Positions 30,337-39,127 of a DNA stretch of 64,000 bases are shown piece after piece (the first letter of the stretch is position 1; each line of letters begins with the position of its first letter). Made by a program: the position numbers and the translations under genes. A model generated the notes under the pieces. That model was not told where the DNA came from. It searched no databases and saw only the letters and a list, made by a program, of their open reading frames with translations. The DNA lies in assembly GCA_025999155.1 (NCBI GenBank), contig AP026679.1:666561-730560 (forward strand), given 5' to 3'. Source of the DNA: Candidatus Dojkabacteria bacterium. GTDB taxonomy: Bacteria; Patescibacteriota; Dojkabacteria; JAOAGR01.

Positions 30337-30926
30337 TAACTTAAATAAATACCTATTATGATATATTGAGTTTATGTTTTTTGCAACAATGATTACACCT
30401 AAATATTATTGTTTTTATTATTTTACATGATTAGAAAGTTTGAATGGAGATTGTACCTTTGTTACTATGAAGATGTGTAATTGTGCATTGTTAGTTATAT
30501 GCATGCATTAGATGGTAAATTTGCCGCTGCTAATTCGTACTCACATTCAAGGGCTGTTAGTTCTGCAAAATCCGCATAGAGCGCATATAAGAAACCCGTA
30601 GAGGGGCGACTAAGTCTCGCTGCTTCATCTCGTGAAAAGGCAAATACTTAGACACAAGAATGTCTAAATCAGACACCAGTTGAGGATACTAGACCTGTCG
30701 AGTCATTTTCATACACAATGATGTAGTAATGTATTGACTTTCTAGATTCGTTCAGTAGGTAACGAAATTGATATCGAAATAACCTTGTGATAATAATCCC
30801 CGTAGGGATACAAATTTTCGGTTATGTGGCATTATCCTAATCATTAGGATTAGAAAGTATTTTTTGTAATCCGCATATTGATCAATATGCTACTTTTGTC
30901 TATAGTCGTGCCATATTACTTACATA

Positions 30927-31643
30927 ATGCAGGACTTTGCTCATCTAGCTATGCTGTACACAACAGTAATTTTGTTACTCATATTGGGAGTGTTGATTAC
31001 ATTTTTTGGATTGCGTTTGGTTAGAGTTTTCTCTGTATTATTAGGTTTTATTATTGGTTTTACGCTGGGAACCTCGTTGACTGGGACAGATTGGATATTT
31101 CTAACAAATAGTGACAAGGACTTAGTACAAATCGCTATTGCAATCACTGTACCTTTAGCTTTAGGCGTTGTGGCAATGCTAGTGGCGATTTTGTTCTTAA
31201 GATTTGGTGTAGCCTTAGTCGGTGCAAATCTGGTTTTCACTTTGCTTACCAATTTGGCTGTTATTATGGGGTTTTCTTCAGATGGTGTCAACTTCCTGAT
31301 AGTTCTGATTTCAATTCTAGTTTTTATTGGGGTATTTGTTTCACACTTTTACAATACTGTGGTGATATTAATCACTTCGGTATATGGTGCTCTATACATC
31401 GTAATAGCTATATTTTTGATTTTAGTACAAGATATGAATATTTTAAATGTTCTTGTTGCAAATCACTACATCGATATCCTAAAAAACAATAATGAGATTA
31501 ATCGTTGGTACCTGGTCGTGTGGCTTGGTACATGGGGAGTATTTAGTTTACTGGGAGCACGGTATCAACTCCTATCTAGTAGGTACAAATCACATAACTC
31601 GCATAACTCGCATAACAAAAATTCATCAAATCCTTTGAGATAA
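30927..31643 (+). CDS. Hypothetical polytopic membrane protein with a C-terminal (SHN)n repeat
   Basis: 238 aa with ~7 hydrophobic helices. C-terminal 'KSHNSHNSHNKNSS'. Lies inside the tRNA-bracketed islet. Confidence 0.4.
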   Translation: MQDFAHLAMLYTTVILLLILGVLITFFGLRLVRVFSVLLGFIIGFTLGTSLTGTDWIFLTNSDKDLVQIAIAITVPLALGVVAMLVAILFLRFGVALVGANLVFTLLTNLAVIMGFSSDGVNFLIVLISILVFIGVFVSHFYNTVVILITSVYGALYIVIAIFLILVQDMNILNVLVANHYIDILKNNNEINRWYLVVWLGTWGVFSLLGARYQLLSSRYKSHNSHNSHNKNSSNPLR

Positions 31644-31904
31644 ATCTCGCTTCTGATTCAACTCCTTGCACTAAATAACTCTTCTCGGTAATATTGTTAT
31701 ATAAGACGGACACATACGATTCAGGAGATTTGAGAAGTGCGTACGGGCATATTGAGCTGACAGCAGAGGAAGCCCTAATCACATCTCGGTTTATAGACCT
31801 CTTTTTTTATAATACTCAATACAGATAAATTAAATCCCATGGTGTGATCTGTCAAAAAAGACCCAGCCCTCGAGAGTGTTTAGAGGGCTAGGCATCTATA
31901 TACG

Positions 31905-34900
31905 TCATATGATGGCCCCGTACCTTCTCAGTAGCATATTTGCAGCACCACTTAATATCAAAGTCAGAGTAGGTATTATGAGGTTGAGAGTCATATCTGC
32001 CCCTGTATTTGGAGCTTCTGATATTGTTATCTCTGCACAAGCCTGTGCTTCATTCGACCTTCCCCCCTCATTACGACCGTCTTCTATATTAGCATAAACG
32101 GTATCACATGTTCGACCACTAGATATTGGTCTAAACACGATTTCTAGAGTGTAACTCTGTCTACTAGCCAAAGACCCTAATGGCTCAGATTCAGTACATG
32201 GGGTGCGCGCATTTGTTCCTCCGGCACATAGGTTTTGAATATCTGGTATCGATATGACCCCATTATTACCGAGGTTATTCACCGTTGCACTCCTGCCTGC
32301 TGGGTTCGTGATCTCAACTCTCACAGGCGTCAATACACGAGCATCGTACAGATCTGTGAAATCAATGTCCGTATATGTTCGATTCTCAGGATCCGTGTTT
32401 CGAATGACAGCTCTAAATCTGACCTCATTCGGTGATACAACAGAAGGAGTCAAAGCGCTCTTTTCTACGGTAACTTGCAGTGGTCTTCGGGTTTCAGTAT
32501 TGAATTCAACACAACTACTTCGCGGAGGATTGAGTGAGTCTTCTCTTTGTTGACCTAGATTATCTCGGTAACTTATTGTGGTAACTACTCCACAATTATC
32601 ATTTTCACGTGCTAATTGAGGTGTGACTTCGCGTAATATTCTGAAAGTCAAAGTTAATGTAAATACTTCACCGTTATTGTTAGGTCCAGCAAGAAGCACT
32701 CCATCTTCTCCATTGATACGATTGGGCTTAGGTGGCATATTTGACCAAGTAAGTCTTCTTCGTCCTTCACTTATCGGTATACCTGTAAGAATATCAGGAT
32801 CTAACCTCTGGCCTCGATAAGATGCAGATACAAATTCAAGATAGTTAGGATCATATTCATCACTTAAAGTAAAGTTGTTAATATCAACGTTTCCAGTATT
32901 TTGAACATCGATATTGAATGTAATGGTATTATTTACAGGTTGATAATTTGGACTGACCAGAGTCTTAGTTATGTTTATATTGGGTCTGCTGTCTGGTGTC
33001 CTAGAAGGTGTTGGAGTAGGTGTTGGAGTGGGTGTTGTGGTAGTAGTGTCTCGCGTTATGAATGTAACACATCTCGCATCGTAACGTGGTTCAACCGTTC
33101 TCGTACCTATGAGGCCATCGACAGCACCGTTGAGTTGGACATTTACAAGAGGACTTCCCGTGTTTGCATCGATAATCGGGTTATTTGGATCTCCGTATAA
33201 ATCAGCATATGACACTTCCCAAGTGTATGTCATAATGTTGTTTGCTGTATCAGTTAGATTACCATTCACGTAAAAGTATCTTCTGTCGCCTCCATCTAAT
33301 CTAATTCTTTCGTTAGTTCGTATAGCTGCAGGACAAGGAATTCCACCTCCATTACATGTAGCATTATCGCGATTATATATGTATAGGTTACCATTATTAT
33401 TTCTTGGGTTTTGGATTCTCATTGTAATAGTAGTGGATTCTCCGGGTCTAAGAGTAGATCTCGTAGACGAAATATCCACACATGCTGATTCTGGTTCTCT
33501 TGATGGAGTAGGTGTTGGGGTGGGTGTCGGGGTAGTAGTAGTAGTGTCTCGCGTTATGAATGTAACACATCTCGCATCGTAACGTGGTTCAACCGTTCTC
33601 GTACCTATGAGGCCATCGACAGCACCGTTGAGTTGGACATTTACAAGAGGACTTCCCGTGTTTGCATCGATAATCGGGTTATTTGGATCTCCATATAAAT
33701 CAGCATATGACACTTCCCAAGTGTATGTCATAATGTTGTTTGCTGTATCAGTTAGATTACCATTCACATAAAAATATCTTCTGTCACCTCCATCTAATCT
33801 AATTCTTGCATTAGTTGGTATGGCTGCAGGACAAGGAATTCCCCCTCCATTACATGTAGCATTACCACGATTATATATGTATAAGTTTCCGTTACTATTT
33901 CTTGGGTTTCGGATTCTCATCGTAATAGTAGTAGATTCTCCGGGTCTAAGAATATATCTAGTAGAAGAGATATCCACACATTCTGGTTCTGGTGCCCTTG
34001 ATGGAGTAGGGGTAGTAGTTGGTGTGGTTGTGATTGTGATTGTAGTTGTGATCGTTGTGGTTATACCAGGGCACCTATAGTCCCATGGATTTCTGCATAG
34101 AGTAGCAGTTGGCATACCGCGAAGTATTTCACTTACTAGGCGGCCAGCATTAGCCGGGTTATTACATACGCTTAGATCTACACCACAGTCCCTGTAGTTA
34201 TCTATTGATCGATGTTCCGTATCTCCATAAGTCCAACCATCTACACCTTGTATTTGTGCTCCTGCACATACGCAAATTTGCCCTGGCTGTGGGTTACAGC
34301 CACTGTAAAAAGTTGCTTTAGCACATTTACCACCACCAGTAGCATATCGGCAGCTTTTATTTGGGTATAGTCTGGGATCTCGGTCATCTGCACCTGGGTA
34401 GTCTCGATTATTTCGAGACGTACATACAAAAATGTTATTTGGATCACATACAGGATTATCTATATAACACACATTACCACCACATTGACATTGTCCTCTT
34501 CCATAATTCCCATCGTTACAGGAAGGTAATTGGGGTGTTTGTTGGTTACACCTGCTTTCTGCTTCTCTTACACATCCGGGGACATCTTGAGGTAGACATA
34601 TTCCACCTTCTCCAGGGTTATTTCCACTTCCAGGGCGGCCTGCGCGTGTATTGATCGCTAAGCAGCATTGGGCATATTCGCGATCTATACATGACTGTGC
34701 TTGAGCTGAGTCAGGTTCGGGGAGTACTTGGTTGTTTCCCACTTTCATAAATAGGAAAACTAGTGCCCCTGATACGATAAATAATGTGAGAAGGAGAATC
34801 TTAGTGACTAAAGAGGGCGTTCTTGTCTGTACTCTCATTATACTTGTATTGTTGTGTTGTCTTATGCCTACCATGATTTTTGATAGTTTTATAGTATTAC

Positions 34901-34913
34901 TACATTTTATCAC
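31905..34913 (-). CDS. Large secreted/cell-surface protein: Cys-rich N-terminal domain, two ~165-aa tandem repeats separated by Thr/Pro linkers, C-terminal sorting-signal-like tail
   Basis: 1002 aa. N-terminal hydrophobic signal/anchor, many Cys, (TP)n linkers. Two near-identical repeats ('SREPESACVDISSTRSTLRPGESTTITMRIQNPRN...YDARCVTFITRD'). C-terminal 'EAPNTGADMTLNLIIPTLTLILSGAANMLLRRYGAII' is a motif, then a hydrophobic helix, then a basic tail. The last ~130 aa are homologous to the C-terminal domain of the 35499..37058 protein. Confidence 0.6.
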   Translation of the reverse strand: MIKCSNTIKLSKIMVGIRQHNNTSIMRVQTRTPSLVTKILLLTLFIVSGALVFLFMKVGNNQVLPEPDSAQAQSCIDREYAQCCLAINTRAGRPGSGNNPGEGGICLPQDVPGCVREAESRCNQQTPQLPSCNDGNYGRGQCQCGGNVCYIDNPVCDPNNIFVCTSRNNRDYPGADDRDPRLYPNKSCRYATGGGKCAKATFYSGCNPQPGQICVCAGAQIQGVDGWTYGDTEHRSIDNYRDCGVDLSVCNNPANAGRLVSEILRGMPTATLCRNPWDYRCPGITTTITTTITITTTPTTTPTPSRAPEPECVDISSTRYILRPGESTTITMRIRNPRNSNGNLYIYNRGNATCNGGGIPCPAAIPTNARIRLDGGDRRYFYVNGNLTDTANNIMTYTWEVSYADLYGDPNNPIIDANTGSPLVNVQLNGAVDGLIGTRTVEPRYDARCVTFITRDTTTTTPTPTPTPTPSREPESACVDISSTRSTLRPGESTTITMRIQNPRNNNGNLYIYNRDNATCNGGGIPCPAAIRTNERIRLDGGDRRYFYVNGNLTDTANNIMTYTWEVSYADLYGDPNNPIIDANTGSPLVNVQLNGAVDGLIGTRTVEPRYDARCVTFITRDTTTTTPTPTPTPTPSRTPDSRPNINITKTLVSPNYQPVNNTITFNIDVQNTGNVDINNFTLSDEYDPNYLEFVSASYRGQRLDPDILTGIPISEGRRRLTWSNMPPKPNRINGEDGVLLAGPNNNGEVFTLTLTFRILREVTPQLARENDNCGVVTTISYRDNLGQQREDSLNPPRSSCVEFNTETRRPLQVTVEKSALTPSVVSPNEVRFRAVIRNTDPENRTYTDIDFTDLYDARVLTPVRVEITNPAGRSATVNNLGNNGVISIPDIQNLCAGGTNARTPCTESEPLGSLASRQSYTLEIVFRPISSGRTCDTVYANIEDGRNEGGRSNEAQACAEITISEAPNTGADMTLNLIIPTLTLILSGAANMLLRRYGAII
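33005..34070. repeat. Direct tandem repeat, two copies of ~495 bp (>90% identical), inside the 31905..34913 CDS
   Basis: The DNA string 'gtagtagtgtctcgcgttatgaatgtaacacatctcgcatcgtaacgtggttcaaccgttctcgtacctatgaggccatcgacagcaccgttgag...' recurs at ~33043 and ~33537. Each copy is flanked by (ggtgtx)n segments that encode the TP linkers on the other strand. Confidence 0.75.
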
Positions 34914-35255
34914 TTAGGTATAACTTTGGTCAACAGTTTATAGGATAAATTATTCCGTGCATAATTTTTACGAAAGACTACGCTGGCTTTCTTTTTTTTT
35001 GAATTAAGATATATTGGTCAGTACGTAACAAAAACTGTTTTCAGATCCTTACGATATGAGCAAATCCGTGGGTTGTTTGTACCATCGAGATTTCTGGTAC
35101 TGATGTTTGTAATCCAAGAGTAATCTACTCAAGATGGAAAATATTCAATCTACGTGCAGTTGAAGATCTATTCTTTCATTTCTCGGTTACTTAGTCTGCG
35201 TGAATAAATTGCCATCCCAGTGTAAAAGAGAGTGATATCTCAGTTTATAGAACCA

Positions 35256-35341
35256 TGGCGGAGAGTGTGAGATTCGAACTCACGAGGGTTTCCCCAACTG
35301 CCTTTCCAGAGCAGCGCCATAGACCACTAGGCGAACTCTCC
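35256..35341 (-). tRNA. tRNA-Ser (anticodon GGA), class II with long variable arm, CCA encoded
   Basis: Reverse complement: acceptor GGAGAGT/ACTCTCC, a 3-bp D stem, anticodon loop CTGGAAA, a long variable arm TTGGGGAAACCCTC, T arm GTGAG-TTCGAAT-CTCAC, and a GCCA end. Confidence 0.8.
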
Positions 35342-35498
35342 GTCCGCTTACAATTTTAGAGATAACAAAGTAGTTTAGTCAAATACTGTCTTGACTTGTT
35401 TATTGTTTGACCATGTAGTCTCTAGACATAAGTTTGATGCTTGAAATAAAAAAATCCTCTGATACAACAGGGGATTTACCAGTATTCGTTTATTTAAA

Positions 35499-37058
35499 TT
35501 AAGGTAACGAGAATCTACTACGCAGAACTGCTAGCGCCACAGCAACTGCTCCACCCAGTGTGATAGCTGATAATCCTGGAAGTAGCGGTCCTAACGCTTC
35601 TAAATTTAACAGGACTGGAGTGTCAATGTATACACATTGTTCTCCATTCGCCGTTGCATTCTGTGATTCATTTTGTCCTGTAACAAATACGGAAGTCGAT
35701 TCACAAACTCTGCCACGTTCTTTTGTAGCAAATGATACTTCAATAGTATAGCTATCTTCGTATTTTAAGCTCCCTAAAGTGTCTGACTCATTACAATCCG
35801 GAGCGCGCAAATTAACCATTCCATCACATAAGTTCTGTATATTTTCTATAGAAATCGATCCACTATTCGCTATATCGTCAATAGTTGCACTTCTTCCTGT
35901 CTGTTCATGCTTAATAAACAGTCTTTGTGGTATCAATTTTGAAGAGTCGTACACGTTTAGAAAATCTATCGATTGATAAATCTCATCAGGACTATTATTT
36001 GTAATTTTAGTAGTAATTTTTACATCATTACCTAAGTATACAGAAGAAGTCGTGGTGCTTTTTTCTATCACAGGCGACAGATGTGTACCCCCACCCCCTC
36101 CCGTATCTGTAGGTGTTGAAGTGTCCTCTAATGTAGGTGTTGATGTCGGTGTCGACGTCGGTGTTTGGGTTGGCGTTGAAGTTTGTGTTTGTCTTGATGT
36201 TGGGGTTGGCGTTGGTGTTGAAGTTGGACTTGATGTTGGGGTTGTACTCACTATTGGAACGAAAAAGTCTGTTCCAAAGTACGGAGTTCGAATGACACAA
36301 ACATTAGGTTTCTGACATCGAAAACGTAAATCATATGCACCTAAATGTAACGAACTATCTTTCGGTGTCGGTCCTACATTACGGCACCACAACCCACCCC
36401 ATCTGTCGGGATCTTGCATATAATCAGCTCCAAATACTACACCTTTTGAGTAATCAGCGAAGCAATCACCACAATAGTATCGCTGATTATCTATCGTTAT
36501 GTAACCGTTATTATCTAAATCATTTCGTTGAAGAGCTTCCATATTTTCCGGCAGTGTGAAGAACCAATTAGGATTACCCCCAACCCAGAAATTAGAATCT
36601 ACCCCTTGAGTATATCGAGGATATGGATTGAAAATGTAAAAAGAGCAGACAAATTCACGTGTCCCTTTTTGATTGACTGGATGATTAGGATCAGGTATGT
36701 AGGGCCTCATCCCGTATGTTCGAAAACTTGCTAGAGGACCAGTGGAACCCGATTCAAACTTTATGACTGTTGTTGGAAAAGGGCCCGGTAGATATGTTCG
36801 ATCAATTTTTAGAACGTAACCAGCCCTATCGAGAGCGTACCCAGGAGAATCGTCATCGCTGTTATTAAGACTATTGCTATCGACCTCCGCTGTAATGTAA
36901 TTAGGACTAGGGTCGGAAACTGTTTTAACAGACACTTTCATGCGAGCACAAGTATCAACTACAGAAGATTCCTGATACTCTGCCTTGACTGTAGCTACAT
37001 CTAAAGCAGTTTCGGTGTTTTTGATAGCTGTATAACGAGTACCAATAGAGATCCGCAT
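35499..37058 (-). CDS. Secreted/cell-surface protein paralogous (C-terminal domain) to the 1002-aa protein; Cys-rich N-terminal domain, Thr/Pro/Ser linker, sorting-signal-like tail
   Basis: 519 aa. Linker 'TPTSSPTSTPTPTPTSRQTQTSTPTQTPTSTPTSTPT...GGGGGT'. C-terminal domain 'GRSATIDDIANSGSISIENIQNLCDG...C.ESDTLGSL..SYT.E' aligns with 'GRSATVNNLGNNGVISIPDIQNLCAG...CTESEPLGSL..SYTLE' of the neighbour. Ends with a hydrophobic helix plus 'LRSRFSLP'. Confidence 0.55.
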   Translation of the reverse strand: MRISIGTRYTAIKNTETALDVATVKAEYQESSVVDTCARMKVSVKTVSDPSPNYITAEVDSNSLNNSDDDSPGYALDRAGYVLKIDRTYLPGPFPTTVIKFESGSTGPLASFRTYGMRPYIPDPNHPVNQKGTREFVCSFYIFNPYPRYTQGVDSNFWVGGNPNWFFTLPENMEALQRNDLDNNGYITIDNQRYYCGDCFADYSKGVVFGADYMQDPDRWGGLWCRNVGPTPKDSSLHLGAYDLRFRCQKPNVCVIRTPYFGTDFFVPIVSTTPTSSPTSTPTPTPTSRQTQTSTPTQTPTSTPTSTPTLEDTSTPTDTGGGGGTHLSPVIEKSTTTSSVYLGNDVKITTKITNNSPDEIYQSIDFLNVYDSSKLIPQRLFIKHEQTGRSATIDDIANSGSISIENIQNLCDGMVNLRAPDCNESDTLGSLKYEDSYTIEVSFATKERGRVCESTSVFVTGQNESQNATANGEQCVYIDTPVLLNLEALGPLLPGLSAITLGGAVAVALAVLRSRFSLP

Positions 37059-37465
37059 GTTATAAGAAGCGTGAGTACAAAAATTTGAATGGATTTATGT
37101 ACAGCATAGTATTCATTTTGTGTTTGTGGTGTCATATGATTTATACTAGAGACTATTATAAAAATCAGCACTAGTCCATATGTTTTGATTAGATTTAAAT
37201 GTGTCTAAGTAAGATTGATTTCTAAACTTTTTTGATAACTTTACACTCAACTCGGTTCATCTATAAAAAAACTACGGATTTGTGTAGTTGAGATGCTGCG
37301 ATGAAAATGCCATTGGTGGATTATGGAACTCTTGTATAGTTACACTAACCAGAGTCTGTATTGTTATCTATATTACATCTTTTTATATATATTTTATATT
37401 TTGAACAATTTGAATTTTTTTAAATTTGTGTTAATATTCGATAGCTTGCCCGATTATAAACATAC

Positions 37466-37540
37466 CGCGGGATGGAGCAGTGGCAGCTCGTCAGGCTCAT
37501 AACCTGAAGGTCGCTGGTTCGAATCCAGCTCCCGCAACCA
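37466..37540 (+). tRNA. tRNA-Met (anticodon CAT), possibly initiator-type (C1·A72 mismatch), CCA encoded
   Basis: Acceptor CGCGGGA/TCCCGCA with position 1 unpaired. D arm GAGC-AGTGGCA-GCTC. Anticodon stem TCAGG/CCTGA with loop CTCATAA. T arm GCTGG-TTCGAAT-CCAGC. Discriminator A, then CCA. Confidence 0.8.
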
Positions 37541-37730
37541 ATATTGATAATTATTGGGTTTCTCGTGCTTATTATTATAATCAGGATTATATGAATCCAA
37601 ATGCTCACATGCTTTTCTGTTGTTGATTGTCGTGAATCCGGTCTTGATAAAATGTGTGTATGTAGTAAATAGTATCATGGTGTATCCAAACGTCATATAA
37701 CCAATAGAATTGTGTATAATGCAACTGTAA

Positions 37731-39122
37731 ATGCAGGTAAGTCGGCAACAACGTAGAGATCTCTCTTTTTCTATGAAGGCATCCCCTTATTATCAAAAGA
37801 CTTCTAGGATAACGACTGTATTACGATGGATAACGATAATACTGATTATTTTTGCAATAGTATGTGGAGCCGGTGCATCTTTTTATTTGACACAGCACCG
37901 TAAGTGGGATTGGATCTTTGTAGGAGATGTTGCTGATGCAATCGTATATCACGCAAATTCATTACTTGATCGGGAAGACTTGTTTGATGTTTCATTACAG
38001 TCGTCAAGTAGTATACGAGAGTTCAATGAAACTAATCTCAGTTATTTTTCCAACGAGGAACTCGCCAAGTTAGGGATCTTAAATCTACCAGAAAATTTTC
38101 AAATTCAAGATACATATAAAGGTATACGTTTTGTAAGGACAGCACAAAAAAGTTTTAGTGAGATTCAATTAGGCTTACTAAAATACTTTATAGATATAAC
38201 ACCCACAAGATTACTTAATCCAGGACCGACTGCTATAGTGACCTATGCTCCCGGTGAGATCGCTAATGTAGCGAATTTAAATGATCGTACAGCAGCTTTT
38301 GCGAGTGGTAGTTATATGTTTTTTAATGATCACTCATTTAATCCGGTATATCCCCTAGCAGATACTTCCGTAGATGCCGCATTTAGAACATTTATTCATG
38401 AGTTAGTTCATGTTGCTCAATTTAACTACATTGTAGATAGGTTAGATCCTGCAAGTATAGATGAATTTTATAAAGAGGGTTTGAGTTGGATTGATCTTGT
38501 GGTAAATTCCCAATTGATAGCAGAATTTGCACTATATGCAGGTTGGCAAGTTTATTCCGAAGGGTCGAAATTATTATATAAGTTACCTAATTCTGTACTA
38601 GCGCAGACTTCGGAATATGGAAAATCAAAAATCTATGAAGATATGGCAGAATCCGTAGCGGCATTTGTGACTACCAATACTGTAGGGTTTTCAGGTGATC
38701 GTCTAAAATGGTGTGTACAGTTTTTAGGAGATTCGGATATTCAAGTCAAACTTCACAAATTTCCTGTGCCTTTCAATATGCAATCTGTGAACATAACTAA
38801 TCCAAGTTACGACAAAAATAAGGAATCATCGATGAAGCAGAGATATAAATATTTAGATATACAGTACTTTATCACTGAAGATGTCAATGTAATAAATGAT
38901 ATCCAGTATTTTTTATCGGAGGAACTCAGTCAGAGAGGTTGGAAAGGAACTTTTACTAGGTATCGGGACCAGAATGGGGTAGTATATATAAAAGGTGATT
39001 TTGACGGCACATATAGAGATTTGTATCTTGAGTTATACACTTACGACCATGCGCATGGCTTTCTAGTAAAACCTCGTGGTACAATTATGGTAGTGATGAG
39101 TGGTTATTTATTGAAAGACTGA
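37731..39122 (+). CDS. Membrane-anchored hypothetical protein with an HExxH zinc-metallopeptidase-like motif
   Basis: 463 aa. N-terminal TM helix. 'FIHELVHVAQFNY' (HExxH), followed ~70 residues later by 'EDMAESVAAF' (a possible third ligand Glu). No confident family assignment. Confidence 0.35.
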   Translation: MQVSRQQRRDLSFSMKASPYYQKTSRITTVLRWITIILIIFAIVCGAGASFYLTQHRKWDWIFVGDVADAIVYHANSLLDREDLFDVSLQSSSSIREFNETNLSYFSNEELAKLGILNLPENFQIQDTYKGIRFVRTAQKSFSEIQLGLLKYFIDITPTRLLNPGPTAIVTYAPGEIANVANLNDRTAAFASGSYMFFNDHSFNPVYPLADTSVDAAFRTFIHELVHVAQFNYIVDRLDPASIDEFYKEGLSWIDLVVNSQLIAEFALYAGWQVYSEGSKLLYKLPNSVLAQTSEYGKSKIYEDMAESVAAFVTTNTVGFSGDRLKWCVQFLGDSDIQVKLHKFPVPFNMQSVNITNPSYDKNKESSMKQRYKYLDIQYFITEDVNVINDIQYFLSEELSQRGWKGTFTRYRDQNGVVYIKGDFDGTYRDLYLELYTYDHAHGFLVKPRGTIMVVMSGYLLKD

Positions 39123-39127
39123 AAGAT

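Noticed and set aside
30480-30720. Possible tmRNA (ssrA) next to tRNA-Asn: a 'GCCGCTGCTAA' string resembling a tag-peptide ending
   Set aside because: There is no in-frame stop after an ALAA-like tag in the right register. No tRNA-like 5' GGGG...TTCGAC or 3' GGTTCGA.TCC...CCACCA halves were found on either strand. Kept only as a generic ncRNA possibility in the findings.
33379-34080. Plus-strand ORFs 33379..33582 and 33820..34080 encoding '(GV)n' peptides
   Set aside because: They are antisense to the (TP)n linker codons of the large surface protein. GV repeats are the reverse-complement reading of TP repeats. They are spurious.
36052-36315. Plus-strand ORF 36052..36315 encoding a '(GV)n' peptide
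   Set aside because: It is antisense to the (TP)n linker codons of the 519-aa surface protein, for the same reason as the ORFs at 33379..34080. Spurious.
30260-37540. Integrated mobile element / genomic island with integrase at the tRNA genes
   Set aside because: No integrase, recombinase, transposase or phage-like ORF was found. No direct repeat of a tRNA 3' end was found at the far side. The region is better described as a tRNA-adjacent variable surface-protein locus.
37420-37696. ORFs 37420..37608(-) and 37454..37696(-) overlapping the tRNA-Met gene
   Set aside because: They run antisense across a well-folding tRNA (the tRNA sequence is translated as '...CGSWIRTSDLQVMSLTSCHCS' / 'LDSNQRPSGYEPDELPLLHP'). 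They are spurious.
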